Part shown: positions 59,486 through 64,000 of the stretch, piece by piece
Numbering within the stretch: the first letter of the stretch is position 1
Layout: the number at the start of each line of letters is the position of its first letter
From: Gemmatimonadales bacterium
GTDB taxonomy: Bacteria; Gemmatimonadota; Gemmatimonadetes; Gemmatimonadales; GWC2-71-9
DNA length: 64,000 nt
Assembly: GCA_041615815.1 (NCBI GenBank)
Contig: JBFJCP010000002.1
Coordinates: 64,001-128,000, forward strand
Reading direction: 5' to 3'
Made by a program: the position numbers and the translations under genes
Notes under the pieces: generated by a model
Told to the model about the DNA's origin: nothing
Database searches by the model: none
The model's input: only the letters and a program-made list of their open reading frames with translations

Positions 59486-60532
59486 ATGCGCACGTTGCGC
59501 GTTCTCGTTCTCCTGCATGTGGCTTCCGGCGTTGTCGTTGGCCAGGAGCCGGCCAGCTGGGAGCCCGATCTCGAATTCTCCACGTTTTCGATCGCGGCCA
59601 TAGATCCCACAACTGGCGAATCCGGCGTGGCGGTGACCACGCGGGTTGCGTGCGTCGGAAACGGCGTCCCATGGGTTCGGGCTGGCGTTGGGGCCGTGGC
59701 GACCCAGGCGTTTACGAGAACGGCTTACGGTAACGAGCTCTTGGACATGATGTCCCAGGGCACGCCGGCCAGTGACGCGCTCCACCGAGCCGTGTCTGCG
59801 GACACGCTCGCAGCGCGCCGTCAGGTGGGCGTGATCGGACTTGGCAAGGGCAGCGCCCAACACACGGGCTCGAGAACCAATCCGTGGGCCGGACACCGCG
59901 CAGGACCGAACTACGTCACGCAAGGGAACCTGTTGGTCGGTCCCGAGGTCCTGGCGGCCGTGGCTGGGAGCTTCGAGGGATCGGCGGCATCCGGACGCCA
60001 TCTTGCGGACCGTCTCATCGCGGCGCTCGCTGCCGGCCAAGCTGCGGGCGGTGACGCACGCAAGGGTCGGGTCCAGTCCGCTGCGGTCATCGTGGCCGAT
60101 CCCCGAGAGGGCCGTTCACGGCGCGCCGACGGTGTGACAGCACATATCAACGTATGCGAGCATCCTCAGCCGATCGCCGAGTTACGTCGTATCTACAACA
60201 CGGTCTCTCAGACGCTCGGCTACCGGGAGCTCGAGCAGTTTCAAGGACGCGATGTCTGGCAACTCAAGCTGATGCTCCACGCGCTGGGATACTACCGTCC
60301 TGGGATGGACAGCCTCGCCGTAGACGATGACGCATTCGTCTATACAGCCGAAGCGGTATCAGCCGTAGACGCGTTTCGGGAAGCGCAAGGGCTCTCGACT
60401 CCGCAAATCGGAACGCCACCGGGCTATGTGGATGCGGACCTGGTTGCCCGTTTGTGGACCGTGCTCGAAGCGGCCGGGAAAGCCACGCGCGTGTGGGAAC
60501 GCGTCAAGGACCTCACGGCCGTCCGGCGTTGA
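59486..60532 (+). CDS. DUF1028 (Ntn-hydrolase-like) protein with peptidoglycan-binding-like C-terminus
   Basis: Signal peptide; TFSIAAIDP, GAVATQA, QGNLL, GGDARKGRVQSAA. Confidence 0.88.
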   Translation: MRTLRVLVLLHVASGVVVGQEPASWEPDLEFSTFSIAAIDPTTGESGVAVTTRVACVGNGVPWVRAGVGAVATQAFTRTAYGNELLDMMSQGTPASDALHRAVSADTLAARRQVGVIGLGKGSAQHTGSRTNPWAGHRAGPNYVTQGNLLVGPEVLAAVAGSFEGSAASGRHLADRLIAALAAGQAAGGDARKGRVQSAAVIVADPREGRSRRADGVTAHINVCEHPQPIAELRRIYNTVSQTLGYRELEQFQGRDVWQLKLMLHALGYYRPGMDSLAVDDDAFVYTAEAVSAVDAFREAQGLSTPQIGTPPGYVDADLVARLWTVLEAAGKATRVWERVKDLTAVRR

Positions 60533-60648
60533 GGAATGAGTCGCTTCACGAAGAAGTTCGTGGTGTCATCACGTACACGCCAGGACAGCAGCCAGCGCGC
60601 GGTAGATCGCCGGCGTTCTCGAAAGAGTAACGACGGGAAGAACGCGAA

Positions 60649-63600
60649 CTAAACAGACGCGGACGGAGCCGCGAGTCGGCGACGCTCAGGACCCCGCTCG
60701 AACAGGAGGTAGAGCGCGGGGGTAACGGTGAGCACGAAGAGGGTGGAGCTGGCGAGACCACCGATGAGGGCGAACCCCAGGGCATTCCAGATGTTGGCGT
60801 CCGCGAATTCGCTGAACAGAACAAGCGGCAGCAACCCGAAGATCGTCGTGGTGCTGGTCATGAGAATGGGCCGGACGCGCTCCAATGTTCCGCGAATCGT
60901 CGCCGCTCGCAGCTCCAGTCCGTCGAGCCGCCTCAGGCGATTGACGTGGTCCACCAGCAGGATTGCGTTGTTCACCACGATCCCACCCATCATGATCACT
61001 CCGATGTACGCTTCTCGCGTGAAGCTGGCACCCGTATACAAAAACAGGAGAAAAACCCCGACGAGCGCCATGGGCACCGCCAGCAATACACACAGTGGTT
61101 GCCGCAGTGACTCGAACAATGCCGCGGTAACCATGAAGACCAAGACCAATGAAATGACCAATACGCCCCAAATCTGGCGCTGCTCGTCGACGGACCAGCG
61201 CCATTCCTCCGATGTCTCGATGCGATATCCGGCTGGCAGGTCCGTGGCTCCAACCGCCACATCCCGAATTCTGTCCCCCAGTTTGGTGGGTCCGCGGAAT
61301 TCATAACTCACATAACGCTGGTACTGTTGGTCTTCCCGCACGATGCGGCTCAAGATCTCGCGCTCTTCCAATGCGCTCACGTCGCTCAAGCGCACCGGGT
61401 CCCCCGACGAGGTCTGAAGCAGGAGATCCCGCAGTTCGACGACGTCGAGCCGGCGATTGCGGGCGAGTTTCACCTCAAACGCCACCTCTTCGCCGCGCAC
61501 GCGGATCCGGTCGCCGCGTACCCGCCCCTGGACGGCGGCGGCCACCTGCCATACGACGTCGCGGGTCGAGAGGCCGTGGAGCCCGAGGCGCGCCCGGTCC
61601 ACACGGAGCACGAACTCCGTGGCCTTATCACGCCGGAACATGCCGGGCGCTGCATTGACGTCCACATCCCGCACCCGAGAGAACCGTGCAAGGCGAAGTC
61701 CTAGGTCCTCCGCGATTCGGCGCACTGTTTCGTAGTTGTAGCCCGCCACCTTGATGGAGTAGTTGGGCGGGCTGCCTCCTCCCCCGTAGAACGATGGGCC
61801 ATAGCCGTAGACCCGCACCTCCGCACCACTGAACAGCATGCTGTACGCGGTCATTTGATCTTTGGTCGCCACCGGGACGCGGGTGGCCTCGAGGGAATCT
61901 GGGAAGGTGATCCGAATCACCGCGTACTGAGGGCGCACATTGGTGACGTACCGTTCAACCTCGGGCAGCTGGGCGAGCCGCTCTTCGAAGTATCGCGTGA
62001 GATCATCGGTACGCTCCAACTCCTCGCCGCGGGGCAACCGAATCACCACCTCCACATAGGTCTGCTCACCCCACCAATTGCGCCAGATCACTCCCCGTAC
62101 CACGTAGTCCTGGAAGAGGTAGTAGGACCCGCCGAGGGTCAGCGCGGCGAGGACGACCGTGACCCATGGGTAGCGGAGCGTGCCACCAAGCAGACCGGAG
62201 TAAAAGCGAACGTAGATAGGGGAGCGGGGGGCGGGGAGCGGGGAGCGGCGAGCCCCACCCCCGCGGGCCGCCTCACCCGACCCGGCCGGGCCACCATCCC
62301 CCGCTCCCCGTATCAGTATCTTGGCCGCCAACGCCGGTATGAAGGAGAACGCGACAAAAAGACTAGCCAATAGACTCATCCCCACGACGATGGCGAGCGG
62401 GACGTAGTACACACGAAGCTCGCCCTGGAGATAGACGAATGGAATGAACACGATGAGCGTGGTGAGCGTCGCTGCGAGAATCGGGAGGACGACTTCGCGA
62501 GCCGCATCCGCCACCGTCGCCTCCACCCACGGTCGGCTCCGCGGATCGGCGGGTCGGCGCGTCGATTCCTGCTTTGCCGTTCCTGCCACGCTAATCTTCC
62601 TATAGACATTCTCCAGCACCACGATCGCGTTATCCACGATCAGCCCGAACCCCATGGCGAGCCCCATGAGTGTCAACACGTTCAGCGTGAATCCACCGAA
62701 GTACATCAGGTTGAGCGCAATCAGGATCGAGAAGCCGATCGTGGCGAATACAATCCCCGCGGAACGGAACGAACGGAGAAACAGGACCAGCACAGTGAAA
62801 ATCACCACCGCGGCTATCAACGCCCGGTAGCGCAAGCTCGTGAGCTGGGTCTCGATGACCTCACTCTCGTCTTCATCCAGGATCAGGCGCACACCTGGGG
62901 GGTGAGTATGCTCGATCGTCACGAGGCGCTGCTTGACCCGTCCAGCGACCCTCACCGTGTTGACGCCGATCTCTTTGTGTACCACGAACGCGACCGCGGG
63001 TAGGCCGTCGATGCGATAGAGCGCCGTGGGCTCTTCGAACGTGTCGTGCACCGTGGCAACATCCCGTACTCGCACTACCCGCCCGGCGTCGATCAGTACG
63101 GGTGCGGCACGCACGTCGTGCGCGGACTCCGTGGTGTGTCGAATGGCCAGCGTTCGAAGCCGACCATTCTCGCGAATGACTCCCGCCTCGCTGACGTATT
63201 CCAACTCTTCGATCTTGGCTCGCACACGCATGGGATCGAGGCCCAGCGCGGTCATCTTCTCTTCGTCGAGCACGATTTCGAGGAGCCGATCGCGCCCGCC
63301 GAGAGTTTCGACGGTGGCCACGCCATCGACCTGGAGCAATGCCGGCACCACCTCATCCTCCACGTGCGTCCGCAATGCCTCCAGCGTGTGAGGACCGGTC
63401 AGCGTGTACTGCAAGAATGCCCGTTCCTGCTGTCGCAGCTCTTGTGGCACGTAAGGTTGGATCCGCGGACCATACACGCCGGGGGGCAGGTCGCGCTCGA
63501 GCGCCGCCAGCCGCTCGGACAGGTCCAGTCGGGCGAAGTCCATGTCCGTGTCTCGCGTGAACTCGACGGTAATCGTCGCGCGGGCGGCACCAAACTCCTC

Positions 63601-63849
63601 GTCGGAGATCGAGAAGACTTTCTCGACGCCTTGGATTTGTTGGACGGCTGCCTCGAGGGGAGACGTCACGAGCGCTTCCATCGCTTCGGGAGATGCATTC
63701 CACCACCAGGCTTGCACAGCGAGTTGTGGAAGTTCTGTATCCGGAAGCAACTCGATGGGGATGTTGCGCCACGCCGCAACACCGAGAACCCCCAAGGCGA
63801 GATACGCCATGGCCACGGCGACGGGTCGGCGGATGGAGAGACCGATCAT
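60649..63849 (-). CDS. RND efflux permease
   Basis: 1066 aa; IRRPVA, GLIVDNAIVVLEN, GIVVNNAILLVD, RVRPILMT. Confidence 0.93.
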   Translation of the reverse strand: MIGLSIRRPVAVAMAYLALGVLGVAAWRNIPIELLPDTELPQLAVQAWWWNASPEAMEALVTSPLEAAVQQIQGVEKVFSISDEEFGAARATITVEFTRDTDMDFARLDLSERLAALERDLPPGVYGPRIQPYVPQELRQQERAFLQYTLTGPHTLEALRTHVEDEVVPALLQVDGVATVETLGGRDRLLEIVLDEEKMTALGLDPMRVRAKIEELEYVSEAGVIRENGRLRTLAIRHTTESAHDVRAAPVLIDAGRVVRVRDVATVHDTFEEPTALYRIDGLPAVAFVVHKEIGVNTVRVAGRVKQRLVTIEHTHPPGVRLILDEDESEVIETQLTSLRYRALIAAVVIFTVLVLFLRSFRSAGIVFATIGFSILIALNLMYFGGFTLNVLTLMGLAMGFGLIVDNAIVVLENVYRKISVAGTAKQESTRRPADPRSRPWVEATVADAAREVVLPILAATLTTLIVFIPFVYLQGELRVYYVPLAIVVGMSLLASLFVAFSFIPALAAKILIRGAGDGGPAGSGEAARGGGARRSPLPAPRSPIYVRFYSGLLGGTLRYPWVTVVLAALTLGGSYYLFQDYVVRGVIWRNWWGEQTYVEVVIRLPRGEELERTDDLTRYFEERLAQLPEVERYVTNVRPQYAVIRITFPDSLEATRVPVATKDQMTAYSMLFSGAEVRVYGYGPSFYGGGGSPPNYSIKVAGYNYETVRRIAEDLGLRLARFSRVRDVDVNAAPGMFRRDKATEFVLRVDRARLGLHGLSTRDVVWQVAAAVQGRVRGDRIRVRGEEVAFEVKLARNRRLDVVELRDLLLQTSSGDPVRLSDVSALEEREILSRIVREDQQYQRYVSYEFRGPTKLGDRIRDVAVGATDLPAGYRIETSEEWRWSVDEQRQIWGVLVISLVLVFMVTAALFESLRQPLCVLLAVPMALVGVFLLFLYTGASFTREAYIGVIMMGGIVVNNAILLVDHVNRLRRLDGLELRAATIRGTLERVRPILMTSTTTIFGLLPLVLFSEFADANIWNALGFALIGGLASSTLFVLTVTPALYLLFERGPERRRLAAPSASV
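62219..62253. repeat. Five heptamer tandem repeats (GGGGAGC) within the RND gene
   Basis: GGGGAGC GGGGGGC GGGGAGC GGGGAGC GGCGAGC. Confidence 0.75.
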
Positions 63850-64000
63850 GTCGGTTGGAGGATGGCAGGATCGAAGGACAGAAAGTGAATCGGCGGCAAG
63901 GCGGGCGCGTCGCCTCTGCCGCAGCGGCCGGCACTACCGCCCATCATAGTTCCTGTCCAATCCGGAATTCGCTGGGCGCGCTGAGGCCCATCACCGCCCG

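Noticed and set aside
63850..64000. 3' end of an upstream minus-strand gene
   Set aside because: Too little sequence to assign a frame or product

Overview
GC-rich bacterial chromosomal window, probably Gemmatimonadota (inferred from protein families, not from marker genes). No rRNA, tRNA, CRISPR array or transposase was recognised. The main feature is a minus-strand extracellular electron transfer locus (~5.7-19.7 kb). It encodes a sensor kinase, a sigma54 activator, a cupredoxin-domain protein, a Cyc2-like cytochrome-porin fusion, a plastocyanin-like cupredoxin, two paralogs resembling the Geobacter OmcE nanowire cytochrome flanking an NHL beta-propeller lipoprotein, a hexaheme c7-type lipoprotein, a large outer-membrane beta-barrel and a His/Met diheme cytochrome. 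About 5 kb away is a TetR-led anaerobic benzoyl-CoA pathway operon (oah, SDR, dch, class I reductase subunits, CxxC protein, had, hemerythrin), followed by fadE. The rest comprises two RND systems, a TolC/HlyD/ABC exporter, a stand-alone octaheme lipoprotein, an SQR-TusE-DsrE-rhodanese sulfur module and housekeeping genes. All family calls come from motif recognition; no database search was run.
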